Shown here: positions 10,766 to 20,030 of the stretch, piece after piece
Layout: each line of letters opens with the position of its first letter
How positions within the stretch are numbered: the first letter of the stretch is position 1
NCBI RefSeq assembly: GCF_002087085.1
Contig: NZ_MWQY01000006.1
Coordinates: forward strand, 124,001 to 188,000
Length of the DNA stretch: 64,000 nucleotides
Direction of reading: 5' to 3'
Program-made: the position numbers and the translations under genes
Notes under the pieces: generated by a model
What the model was told of the DNA's origin: nothing
What the model saw: the letters and a program-made list of their open reading frames with translations, nothing else
Databases searched by the model: none

Positions 10766-11130
10766 GCTTCCTCCAGATAATGTTCCCTGGCGATCTGAAT
10801 CAGGTCCGTCACGTGATCGTCATTCAGCCGGTAATAGACCTGTTTGCCTTCCCTGCGATATGAGACCAGACGCATCACCTTCAGCAGCCGCAGATGGTGG
10901 CTCACCGCCGGAAGACTCATATCCATGATCAGGGCCAGGTCGCAGACGCAGAGTTCCCGCTGGGACAGCAGATAGAGAATCCGTGTGCGGGTCTCATCCG
11001 CCAGGGCCTTGAACAGCTCCGACAGACCTGCGACATCCAGCAGGGAGTCCCTCAGGCTTTCCGCCTCGGCTTTAACGGAGATACCGTATTCTGTACACAA
11101 GTCATTGTTTGTCTGTTTCTGTTCCTTCAT
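10762..11130 (-). CDS. ArsR/SmtB family metal-sensing repressor
   Basis: ELCVCDL and SHHLRLL motifs; 4-nt overlap with the ATPase; ATG at 11130 preferred (AGGTGG upstream) over GTG at 11142. Confidence 0.92.
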   Translation of the reverse strand: MKEQKQTNNDLCTEYGISVKAEAESLRDSLLDVAGLSELFKALADETRTRILYLLSQRELCVCDLALIMDMSLPAVSHHLRLLKVMRLVSYRREGKQVYYRLNDDHVTDLIQIAREHYLEEA

Positions 11131-11147
11131 TCTTATGGCCACCTACG

Positions 11148-11193
11148 ATTAAGCACTTACTTAATTGATAATATGTATACGCTTCAATGTCAA
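11148..11193 (-). promoter_or_regulatory. Promoter and probable ArsR operator of the metal-efflux operon
   Basis: Minus-strand TTGACA (11188-11193); inverted repeat ATTAAG-N6-CTTAAT at 11148-11165 next to the start. Confidence 0.55.
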
Positions 11194-11259
11194 GTATTTC
11201 ATTTATTGATTAAAGTTCTCAATATCAACACAATAAAAGAACGAACAGGGAGGAGTAAC

Positions 11260-11487
11260 ATGAGTAATGTATGCCGCTGGTATGATCAGACTTCGGGGAT
11301 GAAACGAGCCTGGGACAAGGGGCTTCTGGCTAAAGCATGGATTGATAATTACTGCCTCAACGGAGGAAAAAACTGTGTCCGGAAGCGACGATTCGAAACA
11401 GAAGGCTACGTCTCCCCCGATTACGTTCTTCCCGACGGCACCGTTGATGAAAAGCTGAAGGAAGCCAGGGATAAGGGAATTTTTTAG
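11260..11487 (+). CDS. Small Cys-containing hypothetical protein (75 aa)
   Basis: Strong SD GGAGGAG then ATG 11260: MSNVCRWY...WIDNYC...CVR...PDYVLPDG. Confidence 0.8.
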   Translation: MSNVCRWYDQTSGMKRAWDKGLLAKAWIDNYCLNGGKNCVRKRRFETEGYVSPDYVLPDGTVDEKLKEARDKGIF

Positions 11488-11514
11488 GCCCACCCCATAT
11501 ACTTGAAATTCTCG

Positions 11515-11552
11515 TTGATAGTCTCCGTTAAGTATGTATATAATGATTCTCA
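11515..11552 (+). promoter_or_regulatory. Sigma70-type promoter of the brnQ-like operon with an overlapping Fur-like box
   Basis: TTGATA-N18-TATAAT; ATATAATGATTCTCA (11538-11552) overlaps the -10. Confidence 0.45.
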
Positions 11553-11573
11553 ATTACAATAAAGGAGACAAGC

Positions 11574-12887
11574 ATGCACAAAAGATCCCTCCTTCCTTTT
11601 GGCGTTATAGCCATAATCTCGGCGGCAATGTTCTCGTCCCACTTCGGTGTGGGGGACCTGATTTTTCCTCCGATCCTGGGAAGAAACATGGGGACCAACT
11701 GGTTCGTCGCTGCCCTGGGGTATATGCTCATCAACAGCGTCGGGGTATGGCTGGCCTACCTGGCCTGCGCCCATCAGAATAAGTCCCTGACAGGTATTGC
11801 CACCAATATTCTTGGAAACATTGGCGGAAAGATCTATACCGCCATTCCCATACTCATTACCGTCTTCTTTATTCTTCCCCGGGTTTCCAGTGCAACCCAT
11901 GAGATGGCCATAGCCCCGCTTTTGCCGAAGGTTCCCCTGTGGGCCACCCTGGCGGTTTTTTTCCTCCTCAGCCTCTATATTGCGGCTACCAGGGCAAAGG
12001 TAATCGACAAAATCGGAAAAGTCCTGGCACCGCTGTTGATTTTGTTCGTCGTTATTCTGGCAGTGAAAGGAATCTTCACACCCCTGCAGGCTCCCCGGGG
12101 ATCCGCTTCTGCCCCCCTCAAGGAGGGCATGTTGAACGCCTATAACACCATGAATGCGATTGCAGCACTGCTCTTCGGCGGCTGGGTACTCCACGAGTTG
12201 AATATACGAAACATCACGACAAGAGAGGACAAGGACATAAACCTCAACGTCATCGGGATACTGACCGCGATCCTCCTGGGAATAACATCCACGGTGCTGG
12301 TCTACCTGGGAGCATCCTCCGGCGCAGCTTTCCCCGAGGCTGCCATAGGGGTTCTTTCAACCGAAATCGCCAATGGACTTCTGGGAAACCTGGGTCTTTT
12401 CAGCTTTGCACTGATAATGGCCCTGAGCTGTTTAACCACCGCCGCTGCAATAATCTCCATGGCGGGGGATATGTTCTCCGAGATGAGCGGCGGAAAGCTG
12501 AAATATCGACCTATAGTAATCGGTGCCACCATCGCCGGATTTGTACTGGGGCTGGTGGGATTGAGCAGAATCGTCAATTATACGGTCCCCTGGCTGGTTC
12601 TGATGTATCCCTCGATCATAGTCATTATCCTCAGCGGTCTCTTGTATAATTTCGACCGGCTAAAATATGCCGTAAGTGCCGGAGTAGGCCTTGCCCTCCT
12701 CTTCGGACTGGGGGATATGCTCTCTTTCTACGGTCTTACGGACAATGCTATAAGCCGCCTGTCTGCCGCAATGCCCCTGGGAAATCACGGACTGGGATGG
12801 GTGCTGCCTGTTCTTGTCATTATGTTTTTAACCGGGTTCAGCCTGAAAATTCGCGCTTCCCGTACCGGTTCCGGAAAAAACGCATGA
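11574..12887 (+). CDS. BrnQ/LIVCS family amino-acid carrier (divergent)
   Basis: ~12 TM segments; FGVGDLIFPPILG, IDKIGKVLAP, GMLNAYNTMNAIAAL, LSCLTTA resemble BrnQ motifs. Confidence 0.85.
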   Translation: MHKRSLLPFGVIAIISAAMFSSHFGVGDLIFPPILGRNMGTNWFVAALGYMLINSVGVWLAYLACAHQNKSLTGIATNILGNIGGKIYTAIPILITVFFILPRVSSATHEMAIAPLLPKVPLWATLAVFFLLSLYIAATRAKVIDKIGKVLAPLLILFVVILAVKGIFTPLQAPRGSASAPLKEGMLNAYNTMNAIAALLFGGWVLHELNIRNITTREDKDINLNVIGILTAILLGITSTVLVYLGASSGAAFPEAAIGVLSTEIANGLLGNLGLFSFALIMALSCLTTAAAIISMAGDMFSEMSGGKLKYRPIVIGATIAGFVLGLVGLSRIVNYTVPWLVLMYPSIIVIILSGLLYNFDRLKYAVSAGVGLALLFGLGDMLSFYGLTDNAISRLSAAMPLGNHGLGWVLPVLVIMFLTGFSLKIRASRTGSGKNA

Positions 12888-14014
12888 AAGAACGCCTGCA
12901 GGAATTTCTGCATCGGAAGATTGAGGAAGGGCTGTTTCCCGGAGCACAGCTCCTGGTCGGCCATAAAGGCAGAATCCTTGCCGATCTGAATATGGGCTCA
13001 ATGCTGAAGGGCTCACGGGATCCAAAGGACGCGGTTACCGAAAATACCCTCTTCAACATCGAATCCATTACCAAGGTCATGGTCACTTTGCCCATCGTCT
13101 TCAAACTGATGGAAGAGGGAGAGCTGCGACTGGACGACTGCCTGGTCCGCTATCTCCCGGAATTCGGGACAACGGCCCAGAAAAAAAAGGTGAGAATCCG
13201 GGACCTGTTGAACTTCTCCGGAGGGATTCCCATGGATGACCCCGCGGGTTGCGAGGAAGCAGCTCTTAAAGGGGACCTGGAGAAATCCTGGAAGCTTCAC
13301 TACAGCCAGGACCTGGTTCATCCGCCGGGCACAAAGATCCTCTACAGCGATGTCTCCTGCAGGATTCTCGGAAAGGCCCTGGAAAAACTCATGGGAAAGT
13401 CCCTGGCAGCCGCTGCCTCCGAATGGTTTTTTACTCCCCTGGGAATGAAGAACACGACCTTTACCCCGAAAAACAGGGAATCCTGTGCCGCCACCGGAGT
13501 CTCGGACCGGGGCCGAAGCTTGAGGGGAGAAATCTGCCAGGACCTGGAACACGCCCTCGGCGAGGTCCTCGGCTCGGACGGACTCTTTTCAAACGCCCAT
13601 GACATGTTTGTCTTCTCCCAAATGCTCCTGGAAAAAGGCATCCATAACACACATCGTTTTTTTTCAGACCCAAGCCTGGAGCGAATGACCAGGGGGGTAA
13701 GCAACGCCGGGCTCTTCCAGGAACCTTCATCCTACCTGCAGTATATTGTGGGGGGACCAAAAACCTGGTTCTGGGAGTATGCCCGCTCACCCTTCTCATT
13801 CTTCGGAGATCTTGTATCTGACTCGGCAATCGGCAAGATGGGCGGAGCCGGTACCTTTCTTCTCATCGATCCGGCTTATGACTTGGTCATCGTGTACCTG
13901 ACCAATTACGGCCAGCCGGAACGCTCTCTTGAAGGCGACGAGGGATGGAACACGTTCTTCCGGGATATCGATGTGATGGGATTATGCAACATGGTGTTGG
14001 AGAATCTCGTATAG
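12884..14014 (+). CDS. Serine hydrolase, beta-lactamase class C/EstB-like family
   Basis: ATGA overlap with the carrier; SxxK (FNIESITK), LLNFSGG, PG...YSD, GLFSNAHD, GKMGGAG; no signal peptide. Confidence 0.88.
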   Translation: MKERLQEFLHRKIEEGLFPGAQLLVGHKGRILADLNMGSMLKGSRDPKDAVTENTLFNIESITKVMVTLPIVFKLMEEGELRLDDCLVRYLPEFGTTAQKKKVRIRDLLNFSGGIPMDDPAGCEEAALKGDLEKSWKLHYSQDLVHPPGTKILYSDVSCRILGKALEKLMGKSLAAAASEWFFTPLGMKNTTFTPKNRESCAATGVSDRGRSLRGEICQDLEHALGEVLGSDGLFSNAHDMFVFSQMLLEKGIHNTHRFFSDPSLERMTRGVSNAGLFQEPSSYLQYIVGGPKTWFWEYARSPFSFFGDLVSDSAIGKMGGAGTFLLIDPAYDLVIVYLTNYGQPERSLEGDEGWNTFFRDIDVMGLCNMVLENLV

Positions 14015-14045
14015 AGAAGAAATCCGGATTCCTGAAGACCGGCTG

Positions 14046-14837
14046 CTACTCCTTTGATGAGACCTGGATAATCCCGATACCCCGCTTTCGCAGAAGATCG
14101 AGGAAGGCCGGATCGGCAGCGTCATCGGTAATCAGGGTATCCACAGCGGAAAGATCACATACATGACCCAATGCCGTCTGCCCCAGCTTGCCGCTGTCGG
14201 AGATAAGCACAACCCGCTTCGCGCAGTCGATCATCCGCTGCTTAACCGATGCCTCCACGATTGTATGGTCAGTAAGGCCTTTCTCGATGGAGACTCCCTT
14301 GACCGAAAGGAACAGAATATCCGCGTTAACGGTATCGAAGAAATTTTCGGCAGGCGAACCTGTCATTGAGCGCGAGGGGCCGTGCACAATCCCTCCGGAG
14401 AGAATCAGCGTCAGTTCCGGAAGCCCCGTCAGTATCTGCGCGGCTTCCAGGGACGAGGTAATAACGGTGATATGTTCCATTTCGCAGAGTTTAACGGCGA
14501 TTTCATAGGCGGTAGTACCCGAACCGATAATCACGGTATCCCCGCTCTGTACCAGTGCGATAGAGGCTCGTGCCAGAGCGCTCTTGACTCCCCGGTTCTG
14601 ACTCAGACGACGGGAAAAAGTAGCCCCGGAGACGCTGGACTGCAGAAGTCCGGCACCGCCCTTGGTACGAAAACAGATCCCCGCTTCCTCCAGGGCAACA
14701 AGGTCCCGCCGGATCGTGTTCTCCGAAACATTGAGCACGCGGCTGAGCTCCGCTACCTTTACCGTATGCCGGGTGGACAGAAACTCCTGAATTTTCAAAA
14801 ACCTGTCCGGCTGCAGAAGTCTGGAATCATCGTTCAT
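14046..14837 (-). CDS. DeoR/GlpR family regulator
   Basis: HTH VSENTIRRDLVALE...RTKGGA; sensor domain GSGTTA, SDSGK, LITDD. Confidence 0.93.
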   Translation of the reverse strand: MNDDSRLLQPDRFLKIQEFLSTRHTVKVAELSRVLNVSENTIRRDLVALEEAGICFRTKGGAGLLQSSVSGATFSRRLSQNRGVKSALARASIALVQSGDTVIIGSGTTAYEIAVKLCEMEHITVITSSLEAAQILTGLPELTLILSGGIVHGPSRSMTGSPAENFFDTVNADILFLSVKGVSIEKGLTDHTIVEASVKQRMIDCAKRVVLISDSGKLGQTALGHVCDLSAVDTLITDDAADPAFLDLLRKRGIGIIQVSSKE

Positions 14838-14943
14838 GATGAAGAAGTATAAACCGTCTGCAGTTATGTCATCAATATAAGGGATAAACCACGGTTCACT
14901 GGATTATGACGCGGGAGATACGATATCCGCGCTTCCGAAATCA

Positions 14944-17235
14944 TCAGGCAGTCTCTATGCGCAGCCTCCGTGCAGCCGCAACCATGTTGGTCAGGGAAGG
15001 AATAACCTCTTCCCATTGGCGTGTTTTCAGACCGCAGTCCGGATTGACCCACAGCCGTTCCTCCGGGATCCGCCGGGCGGCCTGCTTCATCAATGCCACA
15101 ATGTGATCCTCCCCGGGGATGTTGGGAGAATGGATATCATAGACCCCTGGACCGATCCCGTTTGGATAGTTGAAACGGTCGAAGACGTCGAGGAGATCCA
15201 TGTCTGAACGGGATGTTTCGATGGTGATTACGTCGGCATCCATATCGGCAATGGAGGCAATAATATCCTTGAACTCCGAGTAGCACATATGGGTATGAAT
15301 CTGGGTTTCATCGGCGACTCCGTTGGCGGTAATCCGGAAGCATTCCACCGCCCAATCCAGGTACTCCTGCCACTCTGATCTGCGCAGGGGGAGCCCTTCC
15401 CGCAGGGCCGCCTCGTCGATCTGTATTATCCGGATACCCGCTTTCTCCAGGTCCAGCACTTCTTTACGGATAGCAAGGGCAAGCTGCCGGCAGGATTCCG
15501 AGCGGGGCTGGTCGTCCCGTACGAAAGACCAGTTGAGAATAGTTACCGGACCTGTCAGCATGCCTTTCATGGGCTTATCAGTCAGTGACTGGGCGTAGGT
15601 GATCCAGTCCACAGTCATGGCTTTCGGGCGGCTGATGTCTCCGAACAGAATCGGCGGTTTAACGCAGCGTGACCCATAGGACTGTACCCAGCCGAAATCG
15701 CTGAAGGTATAACCGTCGAGCTGTTCGCCGAAATACTCCACCATGTCGTTACGCTCCGCCTCACCGTGAACAAGAACATCCAGCCCGAGAGCCTCCTGTT
15801 CACGGACACAACGGGCAATCTCGCGCTGTATCGCATCGGTGTATTCGCTCCGGTTTATCTTCCCGGTTCTGAACTGTCGGCGAACCCGGCGGATTTCCGG
15901 TGTCTGGGGATAGGACCCGATGGTGGTGGTTGGAAATTTCGGCAGCTTCAGCAGCGGGGCCTGGACCGCCGCCCTTACAGGGTAGGAACTTTTACGGCAG
16001 CCCATCTCCGGTCTTATACCCGCCAGGGCCTCGCGTACCGCAGGATTCCTGACCCGGGGAGAATTCTGCCGGGCTTCGACGGCTTCCTGGTTTGAATCCA
16101 GTTCATCCCTGACCGCATCCCGCCCCAGATTGAGGGCCGCGGCCAGGAGGGAGAGTTCTTCCAGCTTCTGCCGGGCGAAGGCAAGCCAGGATTTGATCTC
16201 CCCGTCAAGCTTCTCTTCCCTTTCGAGGTCTGCCGGCACATGCAGCAGCGAGCAGGAGGGTGCTATCCACAGGCGATCGCCGAGATGTTCGGCAAGAGGT
16301 TCAAGCCAGTCCAGCACAGTATTCAGGTCGGTCTTCCAGATATTACGGCCGTTGATCACCCCCAGGGAGAGTATCCGGTCGGACGGAAGTATATGAAGCA
16401 GGGACTCTATGTCGTCACGTCCGTTGACCGCATCCAGATGCAGTCCCGCAACCGGAAGTTCCGCAGCCAGCTCACGGTTTTCCCCCAGCCTGCCGAAATA
16501 GCTTGTCAGCAGCAGTTTTACCGGAGATTCCTTCAGCCCGTCATAGGCTCTGCGAAAGGCATCCTTCCATTCAGCATCGAGCTCGGTAACGAGCACCGGT
16601 TCATCGATCTGCACCCATTCCACCCCCTCTCCTGCAAGCAGCTCCAGCAGCTCCCCATAAACCGGGACAATTCCCGAGAGAAGGTCGAGTTTATCAGACC
16701 CGTCCTTTGTTTTTCCCAGGGAAAGATAGCTAAGGGGCCCCGTAATTACCGGTTTGGCAGTAATCCCCAGGGACTTCACCTCCGCCAGTTCCTGCAACAG
16801 CCGGGAAGCATCCAGTGTAAAGCCGGTATCAGCGCTCAACTCCGGGACTATGTAGTGGTAATTGGTATCGAACCACTTGGTCATTTCGCCGGCATTGATC
16901 CCGGAGAATCCGGCTTTCTCATCCGCAGCCGGAGCAGAACGTCCCCGGGCCACGCGAAAACAGGTATCCAGCATATCGCCGCTGTAGGCCTTCACCCTCT
17001 CTGGGATATTTCCCAGGGTAAAACTCATATCAAGGATCTGATCATAAAAGGAAAAATCACCCAGGGGAATCAGGTCAAGACCCGACTGATCCCGCCAGTG
17101 CCGTCGCCGCAGGTCCGCACCCAGTGTTTTCAGCTCCTTCAGGGAGGATTTCCCCTTCCAGTAGGCTTCCAGACCAATTTTGAGTTCCCGCCCTGCACCG
17201 ATACGGGGATATCCGAGATTATGTTTTTTTACCAT
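14944..17235 (-). CDS. metE: Cobalamin-independent methionine synthase
   Basis: [30 protein letters not shown], Zn ligands HMCYSE and NPDCGLKTR. Confidence 0.97.
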   Translation of the reverse strand: MVKKHNLGYPRIGAGRELKIGLEAYWKGKSSLKELKTLGADLRRRHWRDQSGLDLIPLGDFSFYDQILDMSFTLGNIPERVKAYSGDMLDTCFRVARGRSAPAADEKAGFSGINAGEMTKWFDTNYHYIVPELSADTGFTLDASRLLQELAEVKSLGITAKPVITGPLSYLSLGKTKDGSDKLDLLSGIVPVYGELLELLAGEGVEWVQIDEPVLVTELDAEWKDAFRRAYDGLKESPVKLLLTSYFGRLGENRELAAELPVAGLHLDAVNGRDDIESLLHILPSDRILSLGVINGRNIWKTDLNTVLDWLEPLAEHLGDRLWIAPSCSLLHVPADLEREEKLDGEIKSWLAFARQKLEELSLLAAALNLGRDAVRDELDSNQEAVEARQNSPRVRNPAVREALAGIRPEMGCRKSSYPVRAAVQAPLLKLPKFPTTTIGSYPQTPEIRRVRRQFRTGKINRSEYTDAIQREIARCVREQEALGLDVLVHGEAERNDMVEYFGEQLDGYTFSDFGWVQSYGSRCVKPPILFGDISRPKAMTVDWITYAQSLTDKPMKGMLTGPVTILNWSFVRDDQPRSESCRQLALAIRKEVLDLEKAGIRIIQIDEAALREGLPLRRSEWQEYLDWAVECFRITANGVADETQIHTHMCYSEFKDIIASIADMDADVITIETSRSDMDLLDVFDRFNYPNGIGPGVYDIHSPNIPGEDHIVALMKQAARRIPEERLWVNPDCGLKTRQWEEVIPSLTNMVAAARRLRIETA

Positions 17236-17297
17236 AACAACTCCTGTGCCCGATTATTCATGCAGGGAGTATACTTGCTTATAATCCATGAAGTAAA

Positions 17298-17333
17298 ATG
17301 ATATATTTTCAGTCATACATGCTTTTTATTCAT
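17298..17333. promoter_or_regulatory. Tandem MetR/LysR-type boxes in the metE-metR divergon
   Basis: ATGATATATTTTCAG (17298-17312) and ATGCTTTTTATTCAT (17319-17333), T-N11-A/TGAA..TTCA-like, 21 bp apart. Confidence 0.55.
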
Positions 17334-17349
17334 ACATAGGAGAACACGT

Positions 17350-18243
17350 ATGGCAGCCATACTTGAACGGATTCACCTGGAGATTTTGCGGGCCGTCCAC
17401 ATCCACGGCTCCCTCACGGCGGCCGCCGGGAAAATGAATCTCACCCAGTCGGCCCTCAGCCACAGCATCCTCAAACTTGAAGATCAGCTGGGTCTTCAGG
17501 TATGGCGCCGGGAAGGACGCCGCCTGTATCCCACCCAGGCGGGGGAGTACCTGCTGAGACTTGCCAACCGCCTTCTGCCCCAGTTTGAACATGCCGAGGA
17601 ACGCTTTGAGCAGTATGCCCGAGGGGAGCGGGGCACCCTGCGCATCGGCATAGAATGTCATCCCTGTTACCAGTGGCTTTTAAAAATCGCCGCCCCCTAT
17701 CTGGCCGCATGGCCTTCGGTGGATCTGGATGTCAAACAGAAGTTTCTCTTCGGCGGTATCGGCGCCCTGTTCAGTTATGATATCGACCTGCTGGTCACCC
17801 CCGACCCGCTGTACAAAAAGGGGCTGCTCTTTGAACCGGTCTTTGATTACGAGCAGGTTCTGGTGGTGGGAGCTGACCATCCGCTGGTCACTGCTGCATA
17901 TGTCGAGCCGGAACAGCTCTCCCGGGAAACACTGATAACCTACCCGGTCGATGTGGAACGACTGGATATCTTTACATGCTTTCTGACCCCTGCCGGAATC
18001 AGTCCCAGGCGGCACAAACTGATTGAAACGACGGAGATAATGCTGCAGATGGTCGCAAGCGGACGGGGTGTGGCAGCTCTGCCCCGCTGGCTGGTGGAAG
18101 AGAATGCCGGAAAATTCCCCGTTTTTCCGGTACGTCTGGGAGAGTCCGGAGTCGATAAGCAGCTTTTTATCGGCATACGTGAGACTGACGCCGATATCGA
18201 CTATGTACAGGCTTTTCTGGAGCAGGCTCGCAGTCAGCAGTAA
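17350..18243 (+). CDS. metR: LysR family regulator MetR
   Basis: LysR HTH; GTLRIGIECHPCYQWL, LITYPV, RLDIF; divergent from metE. Confidence 0.92.
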   Translation: MAAILERIHLEILRAVHIHGSLTAAAGKMNLTQSALSHSILKLEDQLGLQVWRREGRRLYPTQAGEYLLRLANRLLPQFEHAEERFEQYARGERGTLRIGIECHPCYQWLLKIAAPYLAAWPSVDLDVKQKFLFGGIGALFSYDIDLLVTPDPLYKKGLLFEPVFDYEQVLVVGADHPLVTAAYVEPEQLSRETLITYPVDVERLDIFTCFLTPAGISPRRHKLIETTEIMLQMVASGRGVAALPRWLVEENAGKFPVFPVRLGESGVDKQLFIGIRETDADIDYVQAFLEQARSQQ

Positions 18244-18250
18244 GAACTGA

Positions 18251-19477
18251 TCAGGATACTACAGGAACACTGTACTCAATCCCCAGCTGACTGCAGAGCT
18301 CCCGCAGGAAAAATCCCACATCGCTGACCACGCCGATTGCCTGGCCCGATCCCCGGTCGGAAAGTTTTGTAACCACCGCCGGATTGATATCCACGCAGAC
18401 TGTTTTTACCCAGGAAGGAGTCATATTCCCCGTTCCGATAGAGTGAAGCATGCTGGAAAGCATCAGCAGCAAGTCCGTCTCTTTCATGATTTCGGCGTAC
18501 TGACGCTGAGCTTCTATCATATCGTTCACGGTTTCCGGCAGCGGGCCGTCATCCCTGATGGAGCCGGCCAGACAGTAGGGGATTCCGGATTTAATCACCT
18601 GATACATGAGACCTCCCGTAAGGTCCCCCGCTTCTATGGCTCCCCGGATTGAACCGTAACCGTAAATACGGTTAATGGCCCGCATGTGATGATTATGTCC
18701 TCCATGGGTGGGTTCCCCGCTTTTCGTATCAACCCCCAGGGAAGTCCCGTAGAAAAAATCCTCCAGATCATGAACCGCTACGGCATTGCCTCCAAGAAAC
18801 CCCTGTATGTAGCCTTCCCGGATCATCGCGGCCAGAGCCTCTTTGCCGCCGGTATGGACAACTACAGGTCCGCAGACAACAACGGTACGTCCGCCTCTCT
18901 CCTTCAGGCGCCTCAGATCTTCCGCTATCCGGGCCGCCGCAACGGCGTAGCTCCGTTCCGAGGAGACATCGTTGGACATGAAGGAAAAACTCTCCGCCTT
19001 TCCTTCGATCCTGGGGGGATAAACACGAACAGAATCGCTGCCGCAGAGGATTTCATCTCCCTTCTTCAGGTCCCGCAGTTTGGTGCATATCAGCCGGTCT
19101 CCGGATCTGACGACAGCCGCGTCCATCCGCTGTTCCTCCACAGGTACCCAGCGTCCTCCCGTAAACACTTCGCTCCGGTGATTGGTGGTGGAGTAAAAGC
19201 CTTCCGGGGCGTGCCTGTCCCGGTCGACAACATGGAATTCCCCTTCACTGGCGCCCTTCTCAAATACACCGAGAGGAGTCAGTTTGGAAAGCAGCAGCTC
19301 TTTCGGCTCCGCTCCGGAAATTGAGATCTCTATTCGGGAAGTATTTTCCGGACGTTTTCCAAAATGAAAATTGTCTATGGTGTAATCAAATCCTTCCGTT
19401 ATAATCAGGTTCAGGATTTCCGAAAGGAGGCCATTGTCTATCAGATGGCCTTCGCTGATAATCGTGAGGGGTTCCAT
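18251..19477 (-). CDS. TIGR00300 / LOR-SDH domain protein (ArgZ/AgrE C-terminal-like, putative ornithine cyclodeaminase)
   Basis: GHLID, PEGFYSTTNH, FSFMSNDVSSER, GPVVVHTGG, LAGSIRDDGPLP, CVDINPAVVTKLSDRGS. Confidence 0.85.
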   Translation of the reverse strand: MEPLTIISEGHLIDNGLLSEILNLIITEGFDYTIDNFHFGKRPENTSRIEISISGAEPKELLLSKLTPLGVFEKGASEGEFHVVDRDRHAPEGFYSTTNHRSEVFTGGRWVPVEEQRMDAAVVRSGDRLICTKLRDLKKGDEILCGSDSVRVYPPRIEGKAESFSFMSNDVSSERSYAVAAARIAEDLRRLKERGGRTVVVCGPVVVHTGGKEALAAMIREGYIQGFLGGNAVAVHDLEDFFYGTSLGVDTKSGEPTHGGHNHHMRAINRIYGYGSIRGAIEAGDLTGGLMYQVIKSGIPYCLAGSIRDDGPLPETVNDMIEAQRQYAEIMKETDLLLMLSSMLHSIGTGNMTPSWVKTVCVDINPAVVTKLSDRGSGQAIGVVSDVGFFLRELCSQLGIEYSVPVVS

Positions 19478-19867
19478 TCAGTTCCTCCTGGCTGACTCTG
19501 ATTCATCCTGACGATGGGCTGCCTCCGGCGAGAAGGCTGGAAAACAGACCGAAACATACTCCGTCTCTTCACTGAAGGGATTGGCGTAACGCACCAGGGC
19601 CCCGGCATTAACCTTGATGGACTCTCCGGCGGAGAGTACCATCCGTTCTCCGTTGACGGTGACCTCCTTTTTTCCCCGCAGGACCAGGGTGTACTCATCG
19701 AAATCGGGCCGCTGGGGCGGTTCGCTCCAGCCGGCGGGTGCCACCATGCGGGCAATGCTCAGGGCCTCTTCACCGGAGGAGGCCCTGCCGAAGTGTTCTT
19801 CGATGAGTTTTCCGTCCGTGGTGGGTACAATAAAAGGTTCCGTCTGTATCTGGTATCCCGTGCTCAT
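19478..19867 (-). CDS. Cupin domain protein
   Basis: IEEHFGRAS...SIARMVAPAGWSEP.QRPDFDE...VRYANP...PAFSP; SD AGGAGG. Confidence 0.85.
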   Translation of the reverse strand: MSTGYQIQTEPFIVPTTDGKLIEEHFGRASSGEEALSIARMVAPAGWSEPPQRPDFDEYTLVLRGKKEVTVNGERMVLSAGESIKVNAGALVRYANPFSEETEYVSVCFPAFSPEAAHRQDESESARRN

Positions 19868-20030
19868 GATTCCTCCTTGGATTCACCCAGGAATTGTACC
19901 CGGCTTTTCGGCAGAGGAAAAGTGGGTACATTTTCATGATTAATCATTTCCATGGGAGTCCTTCTATTTGACTAGAATGCACGATCACTGGTAGTCTCAG
20001 CCTGAGATTTACATTGCAAGGAACCCGTTT

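Noticed and set aside
10894..11259. N-terminal extension of the 197-aa ORF
   Set aside because: Overlaps arsR on the opposite strand; a strong SD supports the start at 11260
17236..17349. SAM or cobalamin riboswitch upstream of metE
   Set aside because: Region is only 114 nt, AT-rich, lacks the consensus motifs and is explained by MetR boxes
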